From: an uncultured Planctomycetota bacterium
GTDB taxonomy: Bacteria; Planctomycetota; Planctomycetia; Pirellulales; Lacipirellulaceae
Direction: 5' to 3'
NCBI GenBank assembly: GCA_963719315.1
Contig: CAVRBU010000004.1
Coordinates: forward strand, 160,001 to 224,000
DNA: 64,000 bases
Position numbers and translations under genes: made by a program. The notes below the pieces were generated by a model that was not told where the DNA came from, searched no databases, and saw only the letters and a list, made by a program, of their open reading frames with translations. Below are positions 55,194-64,000 of the stretch, one piece after another (position 1 is the stretch's first letter; each line of letters starts with the position of its first letter).

Positions 55194-56222
55194 ATGAACA
55201 GGCAATTCGTCGCGGCGGCGGCAGTCGTTGCGTTGGCAGGCGCTTTGGGTTGTAGTAGCAGCAATAGTAGCGCTCTCAGTCCGGGCAAAGCGGCCCCGAG
55301 TTTCGCGTTTATTACGAACGGCGTCGCCGATTTCTGGGAGCACGCCCGAGCCGGCGCCAACAAGGCCGGCCAGGACTTGGGCGTCAAGGTCGAGGTCATA
55401 ACGCCCAGCTCGATGACCGATCAGACCCGCAAGATCGAAGACCTTCTTACGCGCGGCATCGACGGCATCGCCATTAGTCCGATCGACCCGGCGAATCAGG
55501 GGGAGATTCTCAACAAGGCGGCCGCGGAGACCAATCTTGTCACACACGATTCGGACGCTCCGAAGACGAATCGGCTCGTCTACATCGGCATGGATAATTA
55601 CGACGCCGGCCTGTTGTGTGGCCAAACGCTTCGCAAAGCGATGCTGCCCGAAGGCGGCGCCGTGATGATCTTCATCGGCCGGATGGATCAAGACAACGCC
55701 AAGCGCCGCCGGCAGGGTTTTATCGATGGATTGCTGGGCCGCGACCGCGACCCCTCGCGACACGACGGCACGGGCGACGAGGTCAAAAGCGAGGACGGAA
55801 AGTTCACGATCCTGGGCACGATGACCGATCAGTTCGATCGGGCCAAGGCCAAGGCCAACGTCGAGGACACCGTGACGCGCCACCCCGAAATCGCCGGCAT
55901 GGTGGGGCTGTTCGAGTACAATCCGCCGCTGATTATGGAAGCCCTCGACCGCACCGGCAAAGTCGGCAAAGTGAAGGTGATGGGCTTCGATGAAAACGCC
56001 GTCACGTTGCAATGCATCAAAGACGGCACGATGATCGGAACCGTTGTGCAGAATCCGTATCAATACGGCTACAAATCGATCCAGACGCTCAACGCATTGC
56101 ACAACGGCGACAAATCGGTGATCCCGGAAAACAAGTTCGTCGATATTCCGGCCCGCGTGATCGACTCTTCCAACGTGGACGCGTTCTGGCAGGAAATCAA
56201 GGACCGGCTCGGCAAGAAATAG
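55194..56222 (+). CDS. Sugar ABC transporter substrate-binding lipoprotein (RbsB-like)
   Basis: Lipobox ALGC; FITNG..DFW, GIAISP, YIGMDNY, GFDE, VVQNPY. Confidence 0.88.
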   Translation: MNRQFVAAAAVVALAGALGCSSSNSSALSPGKAAPSFAFITNGVADFWEHARAGANKAGQDLGVKVEVITPSSMTDQTRKIEDLLTRGIDGIAISPIDPANQGEILNKAAAETNLVTHDSDAPKTNRLVYIGMDNYDAGLLCGQTLRKAMLPEGGAVMIFIGRMDQDNAKRRRQGFIDGLLGRDRDPSRHDGTGDEVKSEDGKFTILGTMTDQFDRAKAKANVEDTVTRHPEIAGMVGLFEYNPPLIMEALDRTGKVGKVKVMGFDENAVTLQCIKDGTMIGTVVQNPYQYGYKSIQTLNALHNGDKSVIPENKFVDIPARVIDSSNVDAFWQEIKDRLGKK

Positions 56223-56251
56223 CCGCAGCCCACTCGTCGCGCTCGCGCTGA

Positions 56252-57775
56252 ATGACAATGGCCACTGATCCGACGTCTCCCTTGCTCGAAGTGCGCGGCA
56301 TCAGCAAGCAGTTCTCCGGCGTGCTGGCACTCGACGATGTATCGCTGTCGCTTGGACGAGGCGAAGTGTTGGCAATCGTCGGCGAGAACGGCGCCGGCAA
56401 AAGCACATTGATGCGGATTGTGGCAGGCGTCGTGCCGCCCACGGCGGGCACGATCTTTGTGGACGGACAACCGGTCGAGTTCACATCGGTCGCCCAGGCC
56501 CTCAAAAGAGGCATCTCGCTCATCCATCAAGAGCTCAATCTGGCCGACAACCTGAGCGTTGCCGCCAACATTTTCCTGGGACGCGAGCCGTTGCGTTTCG
56601 GCATGATCGATCGTCGAACGATCGACCGCGAGGCGCGGAAGTACCTGGACATGGTCGGCCTCGATGTCGCCCCACAGTCGTTGGTCAGCACGCTTTCGAT
56701 CGGCAAGCAGCAACTCGTCGAAATCGCCAAAGCGCTCAGCACGAACGCGCGCATTCTGATCATGGACGAGCCGACATCGTCGCTCTCGGAGCACGAATCG
56801 CAGAAGTTGTTCGAGGTGGTGAGCAACCTGCGCTCGCGCGGTGTGAGTGTCCTGTATATCTCCCACCGTTTGCACGAGGTCGAACAACTTGCGGACCGGG
56901 TCGTAGTGTTGCGCGACGGAAAGTTTTCGGGCGAGTTGTCGCGAGAGCAAATTCAGCGTCAGAATATGGTGCGGCTGATGGTTGGCCGCGAGGTTTCGCG
57001 GTTCTACGAACGTACGCCGCATACGCCGGGCGAAGTCGTCTTGTCCGTCAATCAACTTCGGACGACGATGTTTCCGCAGCGCACGGTCAGCTTTACATTG
57101 CGAGCCGGTGAAGTCGTGGGGCTGGCCGGGCTGGTCGGGGCAGGGCGCTCAGAGCTGCTGGGCACGCTTTTCGGCGTGACGCCCGCCATAAGTGGCGGCA
57201 TGACGGTCGGCGCACTCCGCCGGCCGCCGCGCACCGTGCGTGGGGCCATCGCCGCCGGCATCATGCTCGCGCCGGAGGATCGTCGGCGTGCGGGACTCAT
57301 CCTCCCGATGAGCGTGAAGTGGAATCTTTCGCTGGCCAGCTTGCGGCGCGACCAGCGGCGCGGCATCCTATCCGGTTTTCTCAATCGAGCGGCCGAGGAT
57401 CAGGTTGCGACCTCGATGATCGGCCTGATGCGAATCAAAACGGCCGACGATCGCCAAATCGTGCGGTTTCTGTCGGGCGGCAATCAGCAAAAGGTGGTGC
57501 TCGGCAAATGGCTCTGCCTCAGCCCGAAGCTGTTGCTGCTCGATGAGCCCACGCGCGGGATTGATGTGGGCGCGAAAGAGGAAATTTATAAACTAATGGA
57601 CGAGCTGGCTGGTCGCGGCGTGGCGATCTTATTCGCCTCGAGCGAGCTGGAAGAAATCATGGGTTTGTCGGACCGGGCGCTCGTGATGCACGAGGGCCGC
57701 ATTTCCGGCGAGCTCGACCGCGCGGATTTGACCGAGGAGGCAGTAATGCGATTGGCAACGGGCGGCGACGAATGA
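56252..57775 (+). CDS. Sugar ABC transporter ATP-binding protein (RbsA-like, two ABC domains)
   Basis: [43 protein letters not shown]. Confidence 0.93.
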   Translation: MTMATDPTSPLLEVRGISKQFSGVLALDDVSLSLGRGEVLAIVGENGAGKSTLMRIVAGVVPPTAGTIFVDGQPVEFTSVAQALKRGISLIHQELNLADNLSVAANIFLGREPLRFGMIDRRTIDREARKYLDMVGLDVAPQSLVSTLSIGKQQLVEIAKALSTNARILIMDEPTSSLSEHESQKLFEVVSNLRSRGVSVLYISHRLHEVEQLADRVVVLRDGKFSGELSREQIQRQNMVRLMVGREVSRFYERTPHTPGEVVLSVNQLRTTMFPQRTVSFTLRAGEVVGLAGLVGAGRSELLGTLFGVTPAISGGMTVGALRRPPRTVRGAIAAGIMLAPEDRRRAGLILPMSVKWNLSLASLRRDQRRGILSGFLNRAAEDQVATSMIGLMRIKTADDRQIVRFLSGGNQQKVVLGKWLCLSPKLLLLDEPTRGIDVGAKEEIYKLMDELAGRGVAILFASSELEEIMGLSDRALVMHEGRISGELDRADLTEEAVMRLATGGDE

Positions 57776-57795
57776 CTGGAAAGGATCGGCGCGTG

Positions 57796-58878
57796 ATGAG
57801 CAAAACCAAGCCGGCGGCCGTCAACGCACCCTCGCCCAGCCCTCTCCCCGAGGGAGAGGGTTCGAGGAAGTTTTCGCCGCAGGGGGCAAAGATCTGGGGC
57901 ATCTTTGGCCTGCTGGTCGCGATTTGTTTGTACACGGCGCTATCCAGCGATCATTTCCTGCGTGTCGGAAACGTGGAAAATCTCGTCCATCGCACGGCCC
58001 TGTTCGGCATCCTCAGCGTGGGTGCGGCGTTCGTCATCATCACGGGCGGCATCGATCTGTCGATCGGCTCACTCGTGTGCCTGGTCGGCGTGTTGCTGCC
58101 TTATCTGCTCGTGCACCATGGCTGGCCGCCGGTCGCGGGGGTCGCTTTCGTACTGGGCATCTCGGTGGCGATCGGCGTCATTCATGGTCTGCTCATCACC
58201 AAAATGGGGTTGCAGCCGTTCGTGGTGACGTTGTGCGGCTTGCTTTTGTATCGAGGAATTGCCCGCGGTCTGACGGGCGATGTCTCGCAAGGTTTCGGAT
58301 TGCAATTCAAAGAGTTGCGCGGCATCGCCACGAGTCGGTTGCCGATTTTTGGCTCGAACAACGACGTATTTCATCTGCCGGCTACCACGCTTATGTTGAT
58401 AATCATCGCGGTTGTGGCCGCGATTTTTCTCAACAAAACGATCTACGGCCGCTATCTGCTCGCGCTGGGTAACAATCCCGAAGCGGCCCGCTACAGCGGC
58501 ATCAACGTCGACCGGACGACGCTCCTGGCCTACGTGATATGCTCGACGCTAGCCGGTCTCGGCGGCATGTTGTTCGTGCTCGATATCAACGCGGCGCAGC
58601 CCAGCGACTTCGGCAATTTTTACGAACTGTACGCGATCGCCGCCGCCGTGCTCGGCGGCTGCTCCCTCCGCGGCGGCGAAGGCAGCATCATCGGCGTCGT
58701 GATCGGCTCCGCGGTGATGGTCGTGCTCAGCAACGCGATCAACCTGGTGCACCCAAAATACCAGAACATCGAATTCGCGATCATCGGCGGCGTGATCCTC
58801 ATCGGCGTGATCGCGGATGAGCTGGCCTGGCGGATCGTCGGCGCCCGACGCGAAGCGGCGCGGCACGCAGGGAAGTGA
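57796..58878 (+). CDS. Sugar ABC transporter permease (RbsC-like)
   Basis: GGIDLSIGS, PFVVTL, GNNPEAARYSG, YELYAIAAAVLGG. Confidence 0.92.
   Translation: MSKTKPAAVNAPSPSPLPEGEGSRKFSPQGAKIWGIFGLLVAICLYTALSSDHFLRVGNVENLVHRTALFGILSVGAAFVIITGGIDLSIGSLVCLVGVLLPYLLVHHGWPPVAGVAFVLGISVAIGVIHGLLITKMGLQPFVVTLCGLLLYRGIARGLTGDVSQGFGLQFKELRGIATSRLPIFGSNNDVFHLPATTLMLIIIAVVAAIFLNKTIYGRYLLALGNNPEAARYSGINVDRTTLLAYVICSTLAGLGGMLFVLDINAAQPSDFGNFYELYAIAAAVLGGCSLRGGEGSIIGVVIGSAVMVVLSNAINLVHPKYQNIEFAIIGGVILIGVIADELAWRIVGARREAARHAGK
57829..57860. repeat. REP-type palindrome inside the permease coding sequence
   Basis: CCCTCGCCCAGCCCTCTCCCCGAGGGAGAGGG, translated as PSPSPLPEGEG. Confidence 0.75.
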
Positions 58879-58972
58879 CGGTTTGTGGATCTCGCGCAAA
58901 GACGCGAAGGCGCAAAGAATTCATTTTGTGGTTGTCAGCGGCCAAAGACCTCCGGAGCCTGGCGCCAACAAA

Positions 58973-60433
58973 TCACGCGATAATTTCCCCAATCGGCTCC
59001 ACTGCCTCCACGCCCACCAATTTCTGATCGAGCCCACGGTAGAAATACGCCAGCCGATTCGGGTCGAGTCCCATCTGTTGCAATACGGTCGCGTGCAGGC
59101 GTTTGACGTGGAACGGTTTTTCGACGGCGGCCGAGCCGAGTTCGTCGGTGCCGCCGACGCTGATACCACCCTTGAGGCCCCCGCCGGCTAGCCACATCGT
59201 GAAGCCGTAGCTGTTGTGGTCGCGGCCAGTGCCGCTGCGGTATTCGGCGGTCGGTTGGCGGCCGAATTCGCCCCCCCACACGATGAGCGTCTCATCGAGC
59301 AGGCCGCGCTGCTTGAGGTCCTTCAGCAGGGCGGCGATCGGTTGATCGGTGGCGCCGGCGTGGCGGGTGTGGTTGGCGACCAAGTCGCCGTGGGCGTCCC
59401 AGTTGTCGTCGTTGTGGCCACCGCCGGAGTAGAGTTGGATGAAGCGGACGCCGCGCTCGACCATGCGGCGGGCGAGGAGGCAACGGGTGCCAAAGTCACG
59501 CGTTTTATCCGCGTCGAGGCCGTACATCCGGCGGGTGGCTTCGGTTTCCTGGCTGAGATCGACAGCCTCGGGGGCGTGCATCTGCATTTTGTATGAGAGC
59601 TCGTAGCTGGCGATGCGGGCGGCGAGATCCTGTTGATCGGGGCGAGCAGCGTGGTGTTCGGCGTTCATGTGGGCGAGCGTGTCGAGCATATCGCGCTCAA
59701 CGGGCCGCGTCGTGCGGGTCGGCAGCGAGAGGTCGTTGATGGGCGAACCGGTGGCTCGGAAAATCGTGCCGGCGTAACTGGCGGGCATGAAGCCGCTGGA
59801 CCAGTTCTTGGCGCCGTTGATGGGGCCGCCCTCGCGGGCGAGCATCACGACGAAGCCGGGCAGGTTGTCGTTCGGCGAGCCGAGGCCGTAGTTGACCCAC
59901 GAGCCGAGGGCGGGGCTGCCGCTTTGCAACCGGCCGGAATTCATCATCAGCAGGCCGGAGCCGTGGATCGGCGACTCGGCCGTCATCGAATGGACAAAAG
60001 CGATGTCGTCGACGCAATCGCCGAGGTGCGGGAACAGGTCGCTGACCCATTTACCGCACTCGCCGCGTTGGCGGAACTTCCAACGGGGCTCAACGATGAC
60101 GCCTTCATTCTTTTTCCCGCCGCGGCCGAAAGTTTTCACGGCGACGGTCTTGCCGTCCATGCCGATCATGTTTGGTTTGTAATCGAACGTGTCGATGTGG
60201 CTGGGTCCGCCGTACATGAAGAGGAAGATCACGCTTTTAGCCTTGGCCGGCAGAAGGGGCGGTTTCGGCATAAGCGGATTGGCGACGACGGGCGAAGCGG
60301 CAGCGCTGCCGGCGAAGAAGCCATCGACGGAGAGCAGCGACGTAAGCGCGGCCGCGCCGAACCCGCAGCTGGTCTCCCAGAGAAACTCGCGCCGCGTACG
60401 GCCGCAGAACTCGCATTTGGTACTGTTTACCAT
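58973..60433 (-). CDS. DUF1501 domain protein with Tat-like signal
   Basis: FCGRTRREFL, GGPSHIDTFDYKP, ARRMVERGVRF, WDAH, EFGRQP, GRDHN. Confidence 0.92.
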   Translation of the reverse strand: MVNSTKCEFCGRTRREFLWETSCGFGAAALTSLLSVDGFFAGSAAASPVVANPLMPKPPLLPAKAKSVIFLFMYGGPSHIDTFDYKPNMIGMDGKTVAVKTFGRGGKKNEGVIVEPRWKFRQRGECGKWVSDLFPHLGDCVDDIAFVHSMTAESPIHGSGLLMMNSGRLQSGSPALGSWVNYGLGSPNDNLPGFVVMLAREGGPINGAKNWSSGFMPASYAGTIFRATGSPINDLSLPTRTTRPVERDMLDTLAHMNAEHHAARPDQQDLAARIASYELSYKMQMHAPEAVDLSQETEATRRMYGLDADKTRDFGTRCLLARRMVERGVRFIQLYSGGGHNDDNWDAHGDLVANHTRHAGATDQPIAALLKDLKQRGLLDETLIVWGGEFGRQPTAEYRSGTGRDHNSYGFTMWLAGGGLKGGISVGGTDELGSAAVEKPFHVKRLHATVLQQMGLDPNRLAYFYRGLDQKLVGVEAVEPIGEIIA

Positions 60434-60551
60434 AACAATTCGTAGTGCTGGTTCAATTTAACCACGAGCAACGAAGAACACGAAGTCGGAATTCCTTGGC
60501 CTTATCATTGTGTCCTCTGTGCCGTCGTAGTTTACTTCTGTGGTTGAATTG

Positions 60552-62976
60552 TTAGTCCAAGTAAACAAACTCGTTCAAGTTAAGCACGGTCAAGCACCAG
60601 TACCGCAGTGCATCCGCCGGTTTTTGGCCGCGGTCTTTGGTGAGGCGATTTACAAGGTCGAGGCCGTCCGCGATTTCTTTGTCCCTGGCGGGGCGGTTGA
60701 GGGCGAGGCGGATTGTTTGGTCGATCTGCGCGTAGGTCGGGGCCAGTTTCGGCGGTGACGCGTTTGGCCAGCTTGCCCGCCTGATCGTTCAGAAAATCGC
60801 CGTGGAGCATGGCGAGAGCCTGGCCCGGCTGCGTGGTGACAAAACGGGCCTCGCACGTTGCATCGACATCCGGAAAATCGAACGCGGTGAGCAACGGCGG
60901 AAGCAGCGATCGCTTCACGTGAGCGTAAATGGCGCGACGCGCTTGGTCGTGCGGCTTCGAGTATCCCCAACCATCGCCGGGGCGCGATTGTGTGGCGAGC
61001 ACTTCTGGAGCGAGTGTTGGATAATAACCGCGACCGAGCATTTTCGGATTGAACTCGCCCGAAGTGATAAGCGTCGCATCGTGGATTTCTTCCGCGGTAA
61101 GTCGCCGCATGTCAAAACGCCAGAGCAGATCATTGGTCGGATCGATTGCGAGCGCATGCGGGTTACCGGTGAAGGACATCCGATACGCGTTCGACGTGAG
61201 AATCAAGCGGTGAAGCGGTTTCAGTTGCCAGTCGTGATCGACGAGCCAGAGTGCCAGGTAATCGAGCAGCTCAGGGTGCGTCGGCGGCGTACCAAGCTCG
61301 CCGAAGTTGTTGGCCGTGCGGACCAGGCCGCGGCCGAAGTAGTGCTGCCACACGCGATTGACGATCACTCGCGATGCAAGCAAATTGCGCGGCGACGTGA
61401 TCCACTCGGCGAGCACTCGCCTTCGGCCGGCGGAATGGGCATCTCCCTTGGGCGCTGAAATGTTGGGCGGCGCGTCGCCGAATAGGGCAGGGAAGTGGGG
61501 TTCGACGATCTCGCCCGGCACGTGTGGATTGCCGCGTAGCAAAATATGAGTCGGTTCGGGGTGCGGATCGCATTTGGCAAGCGCGAGCGCGGATTCCAGC
61601 GGCGGAAGTTTCTTGATTTCCTCGCGCGCCGTTTTATACCGTTCGCTCGCTTCCTGGTATTGGGTCCGCTCGGAAACATTGAGATGTTGTTCGAGTTTAT
61701 CCTTGAGCAGGCGGTCCCGATCGGGCGTCCGGGCGACTTCTTGCTCGCCCGGCGACATCCGCCCGATGCCGACTTTTTCGATTTCCTGCATTTCCTTATT
61801 GATATGATCTGCCTTTTCGTGCAGTGCGGCACGGCGAGCCCGCTCCTCCGGCTTTGACATAACCCATTGGCTGAAGCGCGCGGGATCGCGCTCGCCCGTA
61901 TCGGCGTAGGGCGTCACATCGGCGAAAAACGCGAGCAGCCCGTAGTAGTCTGCCTGAGGAATCGGATCGATCTTGTGATCGTGACATCGCGCGCAGCCGA
62001 CGGTGAGGCCCAGAAATGCTTGGCTCGTGGTCGAAATGATGTCGTCGAAGTCGTCGTAACGGGCTTGGAGCGGGTCGGCCGGCTCGTCATCCCAAGTGCC
62101 GAGTCGGTAGTAGCCGGTAGCGATCATCGAGTCGTCGGTCACCTGGTCGAGCTCATCACCCGCCAATTGCTCGCGAACGAATTGATCGTAGGGTTTGTCG
62201 TCGTTGAACGAGCGGATGACGTAGTCGCGATACTTCCACGCGTTCGGCTTGAGACCATCGCGTTCGAAACTATTTGTTTCGGCGAAGCGGACGAGGTCCA
62301 GCCAGTGGCGGGCCCATTGTTCGCCGAAGTGAGGTGACGCCAGCAGCGAATCGACGAGGCGCGGCCAGGCGTCGGGGGCGTCATCATTGAGAAACGCTGC
62401 CAATTGCTCGTTCGTCGGCGGCAAACCGGTGACGCCGAAGTATGCCCGGCGGGCGAGAGTGCGCTTGTCGGCCGGCGGAGATGGATCGAAACCGGTCTGT
62501 TCCAAACCGGCGAGAATGAACGCGTCGATCGGGTTTTGGACCCAAGCGCTGTTCTTTACATCGGGTGGCGTTTGCCGCTTGGGCGGTACGAACGCCCAAT
62601 GTTTCTCCCACTTCGCGCCTGCCGCGATCCATTGCTTGAGCGCATTGATCTCGTTGAGAGCGAGCGGCTTGCCTTCAGGCGGCATCCGCTCATCCTCGTC
62701 CGTGGCGGTAATGCGAGCGACGAGCGCACTCTCATCAACGTGGCCGGGGACGATTGCATGGAGGCCCGAATCGAGTTCGGCGAGGGCGGCATCCGGTTTA
62801 TCTAGTCGCAGGCCACCTTCGTGCGTGTTCGGGCCGTGACACGGAAAGCACCGTCGGGCGAGGAGCGGTTTCACGTCGTGCAAAAAGCTGACTGGCGCAT
62901 CAGCGGCCGGCGCTCTGTGAGCCAACACCGCTAGCGCAAGAGCCGTGCTTAGAGCAATAGCAAGTCGCGATGACAT
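60552..62976 (-). CDS. Planctomycete cytochrome c + DUF1549 + DUF1553 protein (frameshift near 60730)
   Basis: RCFPCHG, NPIDAFI, WLDLVRFAE, CARCHDHK, NRVWQHYFGRG, PTHPELLD; C-terminus LNLNEFVYLD* in the shifted frame. Confidence 0.9.
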
Positions 62977-63125
62977 CGGCCGTCTTGCCCGGTGGTGAAA
63001 ATCGTGGTCGCGACGTCAACCCCCCTCGATATCTCAGTTTAGTCGTCGAGGGGCGTTACGTCACGCGCCAAAAAGTGGTTGGCGACCGGCCGAACGTGGT
63101 AAATCGGCTTCGTAGGTGGGGCAAA

Positions 63126-63135
63126 TATTATAATA
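63126..63135. promoter_or_regulatory. Palindromic double -10 box flanked by GGTGGG/CCCACC
   Basis: TATTATAATA perfect palindrome between divergent genes. Confidence 0.5.
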
Positions 63136-63208
63136 CCCACCGCTAATTGATATCTTGGAACGAATATGGCCAGAATGTGCGCATCAGACTATGGCACATG
63201 CTTTCAAC

Positions 63209-63899
63209 ATGGAATCCGTGAATGCAAAGGGCCGCCCGCCTTGGCTGGCGCGGACATTCATTGTCGCGTTGGGTCTTGGGTTGTGGTTTCTCACGCAGTC
63301 GCTGATCGGTTCGCGAGCGCCCAGGCCGCTTCCGGAGGATGCTACGATCTCCGTATCGAAAGGAGACGTTTTGTTTCTCATCACTCAGTCGGTCAACGAG
63401 TATTTGCGCACATCCAGGCTACGCCGACGCGCTGCTCATCGCCAGCTCCGCGGTGATCGATGCACTCGGAATCTGGCTGATCGCGGCTTCGATCTTTGGG
63501 TCCACAATGCGTCCGTTCGTAGGTCTGTTGATCCTGTTTGGACTGCGACAGGTGTCGCAGGCGCTGTGCGTGCTGCCTGCGCCGGACGGCATGATCTGGC
63601 ACGATCCGGGGTGGCCATCACTATTGGTTACGTACCAAGTTGCAAACGACTTCTTTTTTTCGGGCCATACGGCGATCGCTGTTTTCGGCGGTTTGCAGCT
63701 TGCGCGTTTGAAATGGCGTGGGATGGTTGCGTTGGGACTAGCCGTCGCGGTATTTGAGATGGCAACCGTGATCGTGCTTCGCGCCCATTATTCGATGGAT
63801 GTGTTTGCCGGCGCGATTGCCGCCCTGTGGGCATCTTGCGCGGCGGATTGGCTGGCCCCAATGTTGGACCGCGCGATTGCGCGGCGAACCACGAAGTGA
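63209..63899 (+). CDS. PAP2-related membrane protein (frameshift near 63408)
   Basis: TM segments; DFFFSGHTA and LRAHYSMDV motifs. Confidence 0.8.
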
Positions 63900-63904
63900 C
63901 CTGG

Positions 63905-63974
63905 GGATGGCCAGAGTGGAGCGCAGCGAGCCCCCACTGCACTGGGGGTTCGCTTCGCTCGACCCCAGCCACCC
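63905..63974. repeat. REP-like inverted repeat
   Basis: GAGCGCAGCGAGCCCCCA ... TGGGGGTTCGCTTCGCTC with imperfect outer arms, just after a stop codon. Confidence 0.75.
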
Positions 63975-64000
63975 GTTGCCGCATGCACGGTCGTCAATAT

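Noticed and set aside
55101..57055. Long antisense ORFs (385 aa and 328 aa; similar ones at 29084, 47362 and 59633)
   Set aside because: Shadow frames opposite well-supported genes, expected in high-GC DNA, with no recognisable motifs

Overview
64 kb of GC-rich bacterial DNA, very probably from a planctomycete (Pirellulales/Lacipirellulaceae-like), judged from DUF1501, DUF1549/DUF1553 and planctomycete cytochrome c/WD40 genes, an SHD1 protein, PEP-CTERM proteins and Fae. Left to right: (1) an exported nitrilase-family hydrolase, two paralogous secreted 'propeller + helical domain' proteins and Gfo/Idh/MocA oxidoreductases; (2) two back-to-back DUF1501 / PPC-domain / DUF1549-DUF1553 / cytochrome c-WD40 cassettes, the left one split by a damaged toxin-antitoxin pair and a PEP-CTERM gene remnant; (3) a PEP-CTERM clan GH-A glycosidase; (4) a ~15 kb catabolic island (28.6-43.8 kb) with fae, two short dimethylglycine/sarcosine-dehydrogenase-like flavoproteins, etfBA, a membrane Fe-S ETF oxidoreductase, an organophosphate-type MFS transporter, eutBC, a secreted phosphatase/phosphodiesterase and a GbcA/Stc2-like Rieske oxygenase; (5) IS5- and IS630-family elements; (6) hrpB, two ABC systems, a class V PLP enzyme, an SHD1-thioredoxin, a third DUF1549/1553-DUF1501 pair and a PAP2-like gene. 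The best candidate for an undescribed system is the island in (4). My inference is stepwise N-demethylation of (phospho)choline to ethanolamine, with formaldehyde captured by Fae/H4MPT instead of folate. Ten non-IS frameshifts look like long-read consensus errors. I saw no rRNA, tRNA or CRISPR array. All family assignments are from motif recognition by eye; no database search was run.
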